From assembly GCF_000018105.1 (NCBI RefSeq), contig NC_009925.1, positions 3,750,001 through 3,782,000 on the forward strand: 32,000 nucleotides of DNA. Direction: 5' to 3'. The stretch comes from Acaryochloris marina MBIC11017 (GTDB taxonomy: Bacteria; Cyanobacteriota; Cyanobacteriia; Thermosynechococcales; Thermosynechococcaceae). Below are positions 8,538-16,731 of the stretch, piece by piece. How positions within the stretch are numbered: position 1 is the stretch's first letter; each line of letters opens with the position of its first letter. The notes beneath the pieces are model-generated. The model saw only the letters and a program-made list of their open reading frames with translations. It had not been told where the DNA came from and did no database searches. The position numbers and the translations under genes were made by a program.

Positions 8538-9929
8538 CCCTCTTTTATCACTTTAGACAGAGAGAAAATCAGGATGCTTGAGCAATTTCCTCACCAGTGG
8601 ACAGCAAAATGCCTCCATCTTTGATGTGAGTTGCTCAAACCCCTTTTTCAAAGCACGGCTGGGAAAGACTTCTAACCAGCGCTTTAGAAGATTCCAACTG
8701 ATTAACGGTTGAATGATCAAGCGCACATTATTGAGCAGATTCTTCCACCCGTTTTGGTTATCCCACCAAGGATGCTGCGCAAAGTGTTGATGTGCCACTG
8801 GACAAGAGTCATTGAAGACATCAGCGAACAAACTCACCATCAAGAAAGCGCTCATCACTATCTCCCACCACTTTTCAATTTGTTCGTAGTGCGTCATGCG
8901 AAAATCAGCCCAACCCAAGGTATCTTTAGACTGTTTGAGACCATACTCAATCCAAGTTCTGAAGCCATAGCAATCCCCAATTTCATCCAGCTTGATCTCG
9001 GGTGCCGCTGCCATGACATAAGAGGTTGAGTTCTCTGGTAGCGTTTGGGGGTCCGTGGTTAATAGCCAATAGCGCTTCTGGTGGTGTCGCTGGCCATAAA
9101 TGATCTCTTGCCTGTAACGAGTTTCAGTGGTGCCATTGCTGAAGGTTCGTTCAAATGACTGCCACGGTTCGGCAAAGACTGCTTGTTCTGCGGGTAACCA
9201 CACCGCATGATTGCTACGAATCGCTAGGATATAGGGCAGCTTTAACTCCTCTAAGACATTCACAAAGTTTGTTTGAGCTTCCCCATACAAGCTGTCAGCC
9301 AGGACGAGCTCAAAGCAAAAGCCCATCCCTTGCAACTGTCGGATCATTCCAGCAGCAATTTGGGGTTTGCTGAGATACTCATCCTCCTCTTTAAGACGTT
9401 CTCGGGGTTTGTACACTTCAAAGGACAAAGGCAAAATCATCCCTTGAAACAGCCCGTAGGCAGTGACTGCGACGATGCCATTCTCTTTCTTGCCCACATT
9501 GCCGATATACTGCCGTTTCACATAGTCGGTACTCTTGCCTTTTTTGCAATCGCCCGTCTCATCGATCAATAGAATTAACCTGCGCCCATCCAGTATTTTC
9601 AAGATGATGTCCAATCTCTTGTCAGACAAATGTGACGCTACCCAAGGTGATTCACTCAGAAAATGATGCAGGCTTTGATGGTTCTCCAAGCCCACTGCTC
9701 TTGCAATGGCGGGCAATGATTTACGTTTGATATCACTAATCATCCCCAGATGGAGATGCTTGAAGGCTTCATAACTGCGGACTTGGGGAAATAACTCTGC
9801 AAATAGTTGGCAGTACTCATCAACAAAGCCAATGGTTGGTTCTGGACTTCTTGAAGCTGACATCACTCATTAGAAAAATAGAAACTGAGAATAGTCTATT
9901 TTTTATCTGTCTAAAGTGATAAAAGAGGG
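8538..9929 (-). mobile_element. IS701-family insertion sequence, apparently intact
   Basis: Perfect 23-bp terminal inverted repeats CCCTCTTTTATCACTTTAGACAG (8538-8560) and its reverse complement (9907-9929). 4-bp direct repeat ATAA at 8534-8537 and 9930-9933. Confidence 0.85.
8553..9866 (-). CDS. IS701-family DDE transposase
   Basis: 437-aa ORF with the typical IS701 N-terminal pattern (F..Y...F..LF...R....F..YL.G......RKS...IA) and LLIDETGD.KKG..S..V.RQY.G..GK..NG...V. Confidence 0.9.
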   Translation of the reverse strand: MMSASRSPEPTIGFVDEYCQLFAELFPQVRSYEAFKHLHLGMISDIKRKSLPAIARAVGLENHQSLHHFLSESPWVASHLSDKRLDIILKILDGRRLILLIDETGDCKKGKSTDYVKRQYIGNVGKKENGIVAVTAYGLFQGMILPLSFEVYKPRERLKEEDEYLSKPQIAAGMIRQLQGMGFCFELVLADSLYGEAQTNFVNVLEELKLPYILAIRSNHAVWLPAEQAVFAEPWQSFERTFSNGTTETRYRQEIIYGQRHHQKRYWLLTTDPQTLPENSTSYVMAAAPEIKLDEIGDCYGFRTWIEYGLKQSKDTLGWADFRMTHYEQIEKWWEIVMSAFLMVSLFADVFNDSCPVAHQHFAQHPWWDNQNGWKNLLNNVRLIIQPLISWNLLKRWLEVFPSRALKKGFEQLTSKMEAFCCPLVRKLLKHPDFLSV

Positions 9930-10299
9930 ATAATTTGCTACTGTAAATGATCATTTCGGTTGTCTGGGTTAAATAGGAGCGCCATTGCCGAAATTGATCG
10001 GCATAGGCCCAAAGGTTATCCTCACTCAAGCAGGTGCTGCCCACCTTTAATCGTCCTGGAGTGCTATGGCAGATCAAATATAGGTTCGTCCAGGCTTGAG
10101 ATTGGCTGAGCAGGGATTTCATTTGAGCGATACCATCGGTTTGAGCATTCAACACGCAAACTTCCATCCCGAGCAGTGGACTGGCGAGTAAATATGGATA
10201 GTTCTGAACTGCCGCATCAACCATCACTAGGGTTGATGCGGTCAAGGGACGATCGCCTGTGGGAGGAGAATTCTGGAGCAGGGATTGAGCGCTAAGCAT
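9820..10299 (-). CDS. DUF4347-domain mini-protein; native stop codon replaced by the IS701 insertion, adding a 36-aa IS-encoded tail
   Basis: LVMVDAAVQNYPYLLAS....EVCVLNAQTDGIAQMKSLL......NLYLICHSTPGRLKVGSTCLSEDNLWAYADQFRQW matches the DUF4347 module normally found at the N-terminus of very large cyanobacterial surface proteins. Without the IS elements the ORF ends ...IIYSSKL-TAA. ATG at 10299. Confidence 0.65.
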   Translation of the reverse strand: MLSAQSLLQNSPPTGDRPLTASTLVMVDAAVQNYPYLLASPLLGMEVCVLNAQTDGIAQMKSLLSQSQAWTNLYLICHSTPGRLKVGSTCLSEDNLWAYADQFRQWRSYLTQTTEMIIYSSKLSLFYHFRQIKNRLFSVSIFLMSDVSFKKSRTNHWLC

Positions 10300-10475
10300 A
10301 ATGGGGTCTCGATCAATGCAGAAAATGCTATTGCTGAGAGAGAGCAGAATCAAACGCAGATATCACACTTTTTAGGATACCGATGTTGATCAGAAAAACT
10401 GCCTCACTTTTGTCTCAGTTTTTCCCAGTTTTGCCTAATACCTTAAAACGTTTATGAGACCGTGCTTTCAAGGAT

Positions 10476-11390
10476 TTAAGGGGCAGAAAGTTGTGGGGGG
10501 ATGACGGGGGAAAATTCTCCAAACTGCCATCGCAGTGGACAAACATGGCGAATCTCCCTCACCTGTTCAATCGTTACCTTTACAAGGCGCTGGGCCCCAT
10601 TGAACTGTTGCTGGCGAGGGTCATCCCACAATAGCTCTGCCTTGCCGGTCAATTGCAGCGTATGACCGTGGTCAAAATCTATGATGAGTAGCCCCACCTG
10701 AGGGTTGACAGCAATATTTCCAAAAGACTGGAACATATTATTGCCTTTGTAATCCGGGAACAGGAGTTGATTGGGATTCACCACCTGTAACACCTCTGGA
10801 AAGCCTCCTCGGTGGGAAATATCCGCTCCCTTCTTTGGATGGGCCGTAGCGATAAAAAACGTATCTGTATGGGCAATCCAATCTTGCTGGGCGGACGATA
10901 GGTGTGATGCTGATTCTGCAGGTGCAGGGGTGGCCCTGGCATGGTCGTTAGATATCAAATAGCGGGTTTGAAGATATTTCGGACAGTTGAAAAAGACCTG
11001 CTGGACCTGAAGTTGCATGCCTTGTTCAGTCACGTTTTCAGCATAGCCATTAACCCGTAGGCGACGGCGAGCTGATAAATCCAGGGTGAGGAGCCCCATG
11101 GTGGGATTGGTGTGAAGATTTTGGAGTAGTTGTGAATCAAGGGTGGAGATGGGATTCAGGTTGAGCGTTTGGGGACCGGTCACGGTTAGAAAGCCAGGTG
11201 GACCGGTGATCAGAGAGGCCCATAGGCGACCGCTGGGGGCGATGGAACTTGCGATCGCAAAAGGTCTGGACCGTAAAAATTCAGTCGCTGCTGGCTCAAA
11301 CCCGTGCTTAAGGGCACCGGATACTCGTTGGGCCGCAGCTTCCACCCCTGCTTGCTGTTGAACGGCCAGTTCTCCCTCATGAAAAGGCAT
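10476..11390 (-). CDS. pyridoxamine 5'-phosphate oxidase-related FMN-binding (split-barrel) protein
   Basis: MPFHEGELAVQQQAGV......EFL...PF.IASS....G..WAS...G.PGF is the usual N-terminus of this two-domain PNPOx-like family. GGAG Shine-Dalgarno sequence before the ATG. Confidence 0.7.
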   Translation of the reverse strand: MPFHEGELAVQQQAGVEAAAQRVSGALKHGFEPAATEFLRSRPFAIASSIAPSGRLWASLITGPPGFLTVTGPQTLNLNPISTLDSQLLQNLHTNPTMGLLTLDLSARRRLRVNGYAENVTEQGMQLQVQQVFFNCPKYLQTRYLISNDHARATPAPAESASHLSSAQQDWIAHTDTFFIATAHPKKGADISHRGGFPEVLQVVNPNQLLFPDYKGNNMFQSFGNIAVNPQVGLLIIDFDHGHTLQLTGKAELLWDDPRQQQFNGAQRLVKVTIEQVREIRHVCPLRWQFGEFSPVIPPQLSAP

Positions 11391-11938
11391 GATTAGCTCC
11401 TAAATGAGATATATGAATAGACCCCGGTATTCTCATCTATAGGGCTAAAATAGATGATTTACTTCCGCTATTTAGAGAAAAATAATCAACAGGGGCTATC
11501 AGCTCTTTTTATGCAGAAATAGCACGAGGTATTGGCTATTCTAATGCCAGTCCAGACGGTTCCCCTGAATAATCGAAATTAGAGTAGTGCCCTTGTTCAT
11601 ATCATTTTGAAACAGCATCAAAATGAGACGTAAATAAACTCTAGTGGAAGTAAAGGAAAGATGAGGATACAAGCTTGTGCTGGCCCGCTTTAGAGAGCTG
11701 TGATTTATATCACGCCAATCACTGGCTGAGAACATTACGATCAGGCTTGTGCCTAGATAGGCTAAAGAACATAACCTGAGAGATATCCTATCAAGATTGG
11801 GCATGCTCATGAGTAAGAGAAAGCAAAAATCATGAGGACAGGATTTTTTCCGTCTAGCTGATTTGTCACTATCCAATCAGGTATCCTTTAGGTATAGCTA
11901 TCAAGGATATTTTTTGGCTTCTAACTACTAGTAACGGA

Positions 11939-12736
11939 ATGAAAAAAAGCTCACCTCTATTGATTGCTCAATTGTCGGACTTGCATTTATTTGCAAACCC
12001 TGACCGTGATCTCTTGGGGCTGAATACTTTTTCTTCTCTAGAAGCAGTCGTACAGAAATTAAAACAGCTTCCTGTCCTTCCTGATCAGCTGTTACTGACG
12101 GGAGATTTAGCACAGGATGAAACTCCTATTGCTTACCAACAGATTCAATCCTTAATTGCCCCCTTGCAGATCCCCACCTACTGGCTGCCGGGGAATCACG
12201 ACCATCTACCCACCATGCAGGCCACCTTTACAGCGCCTAGCTTTCAGGCTCATAAGTCTTATCAGATGGGAGATTGGCACTTTTTACTTTTAGACTCCAG
12301 CGTGACTGGAAAAGTCTATGGTGGCTTGTCACCGGAGAGTTTAGATTGGCTCAATCAAGAACTAGAGCAGTGCGATCCCCAGCCCACACTGATTGCGCTT
12401 CACCATCCTCCGTTTGCGATTAAATCGGATTGGCTGGATCAAATTGGCCTCCAAAACTCGGACGATTTATTTGCCATTCTCGATAGACATTCCCACGTTA
12501 AACTTGTGGTGTTTGGTCATATCCATCAGCAATTTGAACATCAGCGTCGGAGTATCCATTATCTCAGCACGCCATCGACCTGCATTCAGTTTGCCCCTCA
12601 CAGTAAAACCTTTGCCCTAGATCATGCGCAGCCAGGATTTAGGCTCTTTCAGCTCTATGGTGATGGCTCTTTTGAGACTGAAATTCATCGCGTCATGTTT
12701 GAGAAAACCTTAGATTTTTCTGCCAAGGGATATTAA
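11939..12736 (+). CDS. cpdA: class III 3',5'-cyclic-nucleotide phosphodiesterase / metallophosphoesterase (CpdA/Icc family)
   Basis: Complete metallophosphoesterase motif set: SDLHL, TGDLAQD, PGNHDH, LHHPP, FGHIHQ. Confidence 0.8.
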   Translation: MKKSSPLLIAQLSDLHLFANPDRDLLGLNTFSSLEAVVQKLKQLPVLPDQLLLTGDLAQDETPIAYQQIQSLIAPLQIPTYWLPGNHDHLPTMQATFTAPSFQAHKSYQMGDWHFLLLDSSVTGKVYGGLSPESLDWLNQELEQCDPQPTLIALHHPPFAIKSDWLDQIGLQNSDDLFAILDRHSHVKLVVFGHIHQQFEHQRRSIHYLSTPSTCIQFAPHSKTFALDHAQPGFRLFQLYGDGSFETEIHRVMFEKTLDFSAKGY

Positions 12737-12827
12737 GGTTTTGTTGTTAATTTCATTTCGACGCTCGTCCTTCAGTATGCTGCTTATTAGAAGGATACTG
12801 AGTCTATAACCGCTCAAATAAACTTAT

Positions 12828-13181
12828 ATGCTAGCGCTATACATGCTTGGAGCGGGTCTGATTTTATCTGGCTTGTTTATGGGGTTGACATGGTTCGGTG
12901 GGCGGGTGGTTCGCCAACAAGGACCTATGTTGGGATTTGTGGGGGCTGCTTTGATGATGGTGTTAGCCCTGCTTCCCTTTGGCTATCTGACGACTTATGT
13001 TTGGCGAGCATTCCAAGCCAATGGATGGGCAGAACGGGCTTATCAAATCTGTTTTACCGCTGCAGTGGCCGTGCCGATGTTTACAGGCGTATGCTGTGCG
13101 CTCTTGTTACTGTGGGCCTCCTTAGCTGCCCAGCGGCGTCAACGTCGGCGGCACCAACGGCGGGTGCGTCAGCGGAGTTAA
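12828..13181 (+). CDS. small 4-TM membrane protein with poly-Arg C-terminal tail
   Basis: Four hydrophobic segments followed by AQRRQRRRHQRRVRQRS. No homology recognised. The overlapping ORF 12890-13201 in another frame is less protein-like. Confidence 0.5.
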   Translation: MLALYMLGAGLILSGLFMGLTWFGGRVVRQQGPMLGFVGAALMMVLALLPFGYLTTYVWRAFQANGWAERAYQICFTAAVAVPMFTGVCCALLLLWASLAAQRRQRRRHQRRVRQRS

Positions 13182-15502
13182 GGGAGAGTGGTACAGGCTA
13201 ACACCCGCTGAACCTGACAGGGTGCATCCATGACTGTGAAGAGTTGGGTAGCTTGGTGGAAGGCTTGGTTGCGATCGCAGATCTGATGCATGGCCTGATA
13301 GGTCAACCCCCACTGAAAATACGCTTCTGCTAAGTCACAGGTCGCATTGAGGGGGTTGAACAGGGCAATCGCCTGATTGTGATCGGCCACTGCGAGGTTG
13401 AATTTGTCTTGCAGTCGGTGAATGACGGCACGTCCCGTTAGGGTGCGGGCCTGGATATGGGGATAGTGGCTGGCTTCCGCCACGGTTAGGGCCTGCTCAA
13501 ACAGGGCATGGGCTGAGGACAGGTCTCCAAGAGCGGTGTAGGTTTGGCCCAGGAGCTGCATAAAGAAAGCCAGGCGGGCGGCTTGCTCTGTTTCCGGCAG
13601 ACGCTCTCCCCAGGCTTGGGTGGCGAGCTGTTGTGCCTGCTCGGTCTGGCCGAGGTGAGTTAACACCAGGGCTAAGCAAATGGAAGCTTTTGGTACCCAA
13701 CGGTCCTGGTCGGTTTGGGTGGCAATCTCGATTACCTGCTGAAAGCAATGGGCAGAATGTTCTAATTCCCATAAATCTAAGTGGTACAACCCTAAACTGA
13801 GGTGGGAATCGAGGACTTGAATTTGAAAATGACGGTGGTGACGGGGGTCTAAGTCTGGGGCTGCTAGGGCTTGAGTGGATAGACTGAGGGAGTCCCGTTG
13901 TAGGGTTATCCCTTGGCGAATCTGTCCCGTGCTCCAATAGTAGTCCGCCAGGATATTTTGGAGTTCGCAATAGCTGCGATCGCAAGGCAGATGCGTCATT
14001 AATGACGGTAACTCTCCTAGCAGAGACTGGTGCAACCCCATCCGATAGAGACTGCTGCCCAGGGATAAGTATTGCTGCCACTGGTTTTGGCGCACCTGGA
14101 GCAGCACGGCTGCTGCTTGAGAATAGTCTTGAATGGCTTTGTAGTGATAAAAGGCTTCTAGGGCCTGCAAGGCATCTTCAGTGGTCGTCAGGGTTTGAAC
14201 ACTATCGGACCAGTATTGGGCGGCATGGCGGTGGGCCTGTTGCCAATCAGAACTGGGCTGCAGACGGGCAATAGAAGCAGCACGAGTGACGGGATGCAGC
14301 CAATATCGACCTTGGCGGCACTCTATCAATGATCGGTTTTGCAGAGACATCAGACTGGCTCGTCGTTTTGCTTCTGGTACTTCCCAGAGCAAGGCCAAAA
14401 CGCCTGCTTTGGAAAGGGTGGCTAGGGTCTGGTATCGATAACAGCCCAACCGACAAAATAACTGATAGGCTTGGGGGTCCAGGTTTTGGAGACGGTCAAT
14501 TTGATTATTAATCAGATGGGCTAGATCCGCCGCAACCAGCAAGTCCTGCTGTTGATCTTGCCAAAAAGCTGCTGCATCGCCACCAAAGTCGGACCGGATC
14601 GACCCGCAGAGCAGGGTCATAGCCTTGGCGTTGCCTCCATAGGCCCGATGCATTTGCTCTAGTAGCGTTAGGTCGATGGTCAGCTCCTGCAGCTGAAAAT
14701 ACTGCTGCCAAGCCTCCACATCTAAACCCGAGAGTCGGTAATGGTGTAGGTTGAGGCTGGCTTCACAAATGCGATCACGACTCGTTACCAAGGTTAATCC
14801 CAGATTACGAGGGTCCGTGAGGACTCGAAATAGCTCCACATACTGACGATGCTTTCCAATCAAGAGTCCTTGCTGATCTAGTGCAGGCTCCAGATTATCC
14901 ACTAGGACTCCAATGGGGCGCTGTTGGAGATGGCGTTTTAAGCGATCTAGACTAATGCCGAATTCTAGTCCTGGCTCTTCATGTAAATCCCGTGTTAACC
15001 ATTCCTCCACCACCCGCTGGACCGAGGTGATATTGTCGGGCTCTTTGGCCATCAGTAGCTCTAAGACGATTTCAAAGTTTTGGCTCTGCAAATATTGCTG
15101 GGCCAACGTCGTTTTTCCTAGCCCCCCTTCCCCTTGGATGGCAATGGCCGTTGCCCCTTGCTGGTTGAGGTGGCTGAGACGGTGGATGGCTTGATGTCGC
15201 CCAACGAAGTCGGGCCGATAGGCCTGTTCAGGTGGGACGGAACCATGCCTATGGGCTGTCAGAACCTGGCGAAGGTTCTTTTTTGTGATTTTCTCGCCCA
15301 ATATCTGGGATAAGAGCTTCCATAAATCTGACCCTACATCTTTGGCATGGCCTTCAGTACAGCCATAGGCATCGGCAATATCAAAGTATTTGGATCCCAG
15401 CCAAACCTGCCTCAGAATCGTTTGCTGTAATTCGCTGAGACGCTCACCCGTTTGAGCAATCACAAGCTGTTCCACTTGTCTCAGGGCCTGATCTGCATCC
15501 AT
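13178..15502 (-). CDS. STAND NTPase: N-terminal HTH-like module + NB-ARC (AP-ATPase) + TPR repeats
   Basis: Walker A GEGGLGKTTLAQ (15110-15133), Walker B IGVLVDNLE, an LVTSRDR (TTR-like) motif and a GGNAKAM (GLPL-like) motif. TPR-like C-terminal half (ALGDLSSAHALFEQAL, LAEAYFQWGLTY). N-terminal LSELQQTILRQVW.G..Y.DIA...G...G..KDVGS.LWKLLS...GEK..K.NL..VL module. Confidence 0.85.
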   Translation of the reverse strand: MDADQALRQVEQLVIAQTGERLSELQQTILRQVWLGSKYFDIADAYGCTEGHAKDVGSDLWKLLSQILGEKITKKNLRQVLTAHRHGSVPPEQAYRPDFVGRHQAIHRLSHLNQQGATAIAIQGEGGLGKTTLAQQYLQSQNFEIVLELLMAKEPDNITSVQRVVEEWLTRDLHEEPGLEFGISLDRLKRHLQQRPIGVLVDNLEPALDQQGLLIGKHRQYVELFRVLTDPRNLGLTLVTSRDRICEASLNLHHYRLSGLDVEAWQQYFQLQELTIDLTLLEQMHRAYGGNAKAMTLLCGSIRSDFGGDAAAFWQDQQQDLLVAADLAHLINNQIDRLQNLDPQAYQLFCRLGCYRYQTLATLSKAGVLALLWEVPEAKRRASLMSLQNRSLIECRQGRYWLHPVTRAASIARLQPSSDWQQAHRHAAQYWSDSVQTLTTTEDALQALEAFYHYKAIQDYSQAAAVLLQVRQNQWQQYLSLGSSLYRMGLHQSLLGELPSLMTHLPCDRSYCELQNILADYYWSTGQIRQGITLQRDSLSLSTQALAAPDLDPRHHRHFQIQVLDSHLSLGLYHLDLWELEHSAHCFQQVIEIATQTDQDRWVPKASICLALVLTHLGQTEQAQQLATQAWGERLPETEQAARLAFFMQLLGQTYTALGDLSSAHALFEQALTVAEASHYPHIQARTLTGRAVIHRLQDKFNLAVADHNQAIALFNPLNATCDLAEAYFQWGLTYQAMHQICDRNQAFHQATQLFTVMDAPCQVQRVLACTTLP

Positions 15503-15565
15503 GGTTGAGGGAACGATCTTTCCTTAATCTCCAGTCTAGCCCAGCCCTAACTGGGGATAGATAGG

Positions 15566-15603
15566 AAAAACCCCACCGGTACTATGGCTAAAAACCGGTG
15601 GGG
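15566..15603 (-). terminator. rho-independent terminator (minus strand)
   Basis: On the minus strand: CCCCACCGGT, a 13-nt loop, ACCGGTGGGG (perfect 10-bp GC-rich stem, 15571-15580 / 15594-15603), followed by TTTTT (15566-15570). There is no T-run in the plus-strand orientation. Confidence 0.7.
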
Positions 15604-16071
15604 AAATGAGATCTGCTGTGAAAAATTGGTTAGAGGCTCTAAAACCTGTTAGGTATGGACATCTTGACTCAACACCCACGGTCCCACTTGCGGGAAACAC
15701 GTCAGTAGACTGGTTTTGCCTGTCTTTTGTTTCACAAGTCGGTTCTGAATAGAACGCCTACCTATGAGACCGTTACTAGTACTGCTCAAGGATCCAGCTT
15801 GGGGCAGATAATCGGTCAAGTCCTCCGTATAGGCGGTTGGCACAGACGGAGGTGAGGACGACAAACTCACATGGGAGTGATAGGAATGGCAGCTCGCTCA
15901 AGCTCGCGGGGTAAACCGGAAGAGTTGTGGTGGCTGACATCGCCTTATTTATTAGTATTCCAGCCTCAGGTCTGAGAACGTGATGGCGCTCATGTTTACC
16001 TTGTATAAGCTGGGGTATAAGTTTTCTGGTGTGTGCAAAAAAAGACAGATCACCGCCAAACCTGGTGGGCT

Positions 16072-16731
16072 TTACTCTGCCCACTGACGCAACAGATTGG
16101 CATGGCTTTTAGAAATGAGGTCAAATTCTGGGGTTTTGCCGTGGGTGGCAAACAGAGATCGCCGAGCTGTATCTAAATCAAATAACAGCTCGCGTTGTTG
16201 GACATCCCGCACGAGACTCTGCACCCAGCCCACAGCCACCAAGCGGGTCCCGGAGGTGACCGTCTCGACCCGGTGAATGGTGGAAGACGGATATGCGATC
16301 GCAGAACCAGCTGCCAATTTATAGGTGTGAACCCCATCGGCTAGTTCCACACAGAGTTCTCCCCCTGTATAGTCCTCGGGCGCATTGAGAAATAAAGTAA
16401 AGGACACATCCGAGCGCGCCCCACCCATAAAGGCGTTATCCACATGGTCTCCGTAAGACATGCCTTCTTGATAGCGACTAAATAGCAGTGTATGAATGGA
16501 CCGCGGTTGAATCGCGACCTTAAACAAAGGATGACGCAGGAGAGCGGACTTGACCCGCTCTTTCAGATCCATACTACAAGCTGCTTTGCCCGCGAGTTGA
16601 GTATTGTTTTTGACCAATTTGGCATGCCAACCTGCGGTGGTTTTGCCATCGACAAAGTCTGCCGTTGCCAGCACATCCTTCATCTCGGCGAGTTCTTCGG
16701 CGGTCAGCACTTCGTCAATCGTTAAGATCAT
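16072..16731 (-). CDS. PKHD-type Fe(II)/2-oxoglutarate-dependent hydroxylase (PiuC/YbiX family)
   Basis: [14 protein letters not shown]......L....F.DGK.TAG......K.N.QL is the characteristic N-terminus. HxD facial-triad motif (YGDHVDNAF), distal His (STIHRV) and RLV basic residue. Its ATG overlaps the prfB stop (ATGA at 16728-16731). Confidence 0.85.
   Translation of the reverse strand: MILTIDEVLTAEELAEMKDVLATADFVDGKTTAGWHAKLVKNNTQLAGKAACSMDLKERVKSALLRHPLFKVAIQPRSIHTLLFSRYQEGMSYGDHVDNAFMGGARSDVSFTLFLNAPEDYTGGELCVELADGVHTYKLAAGSAIAYPSSTIHRVETVTSGTRLVAVGWVQSLVRDVQQRELLFDLDTARRSLFATHGKTPEFDLISKSHANLLRQWAE

Noticed and set aside
11541-11876. 111-aa minus-strand ORF in the AT-rich gap upstream of cpdA.
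   Set aside because: No recognisable motif, odd composition (Leu/Ser/Cys-rich), no Shine-Dalgarno sequence, and it lies in low-GC non-coding-looking DNA.
12890-13201. 103-aa alternative-frame ORF overlapping the 4-TM gene.
   Set aside because: It is rich in Gly/Arg/Ser/Cys and lacks the clear TM periodicity of the 12828-13181 frame.
13497-15194. Several 60-194-aa ORFs nested in other frames or on the other strand of the STAND gene (13497-14081, 14002-14274, 14247-14456, 14508-14711, 14913-15194).
   Set aside because: The compositions are rich in Pro/Arg/Ser/Gly, typical of off-frame reading of a GC-rich gene. All are fully contained in a long ORF with clear motifs.
15823-15853. Attempted by-eye match of the 15.5-16.1 kb region to RNase P RNA, tmRNA, SRP RNA, 6S RNA or a cobalamin riboswitch.
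   Set aside because: None of the conserved cores I remember (GAGGAAAGUCC, GGGGCUG...UCCACCA, GUCAGGUCCGGAAGGAAGC, the GCCACUG B12 box) is present. 6S RNA cannot be judged by eye.
15649-16084. 73-aa and 102-aa minus-strand ORFs in the prfB-operon/STAND intergenic region.
   Set aside because: They overlap each other in different frames, are low-complexity and Ser/Leu/Pro-rich, and have no domain. The region is treated as non-coding or RNA (see findings).
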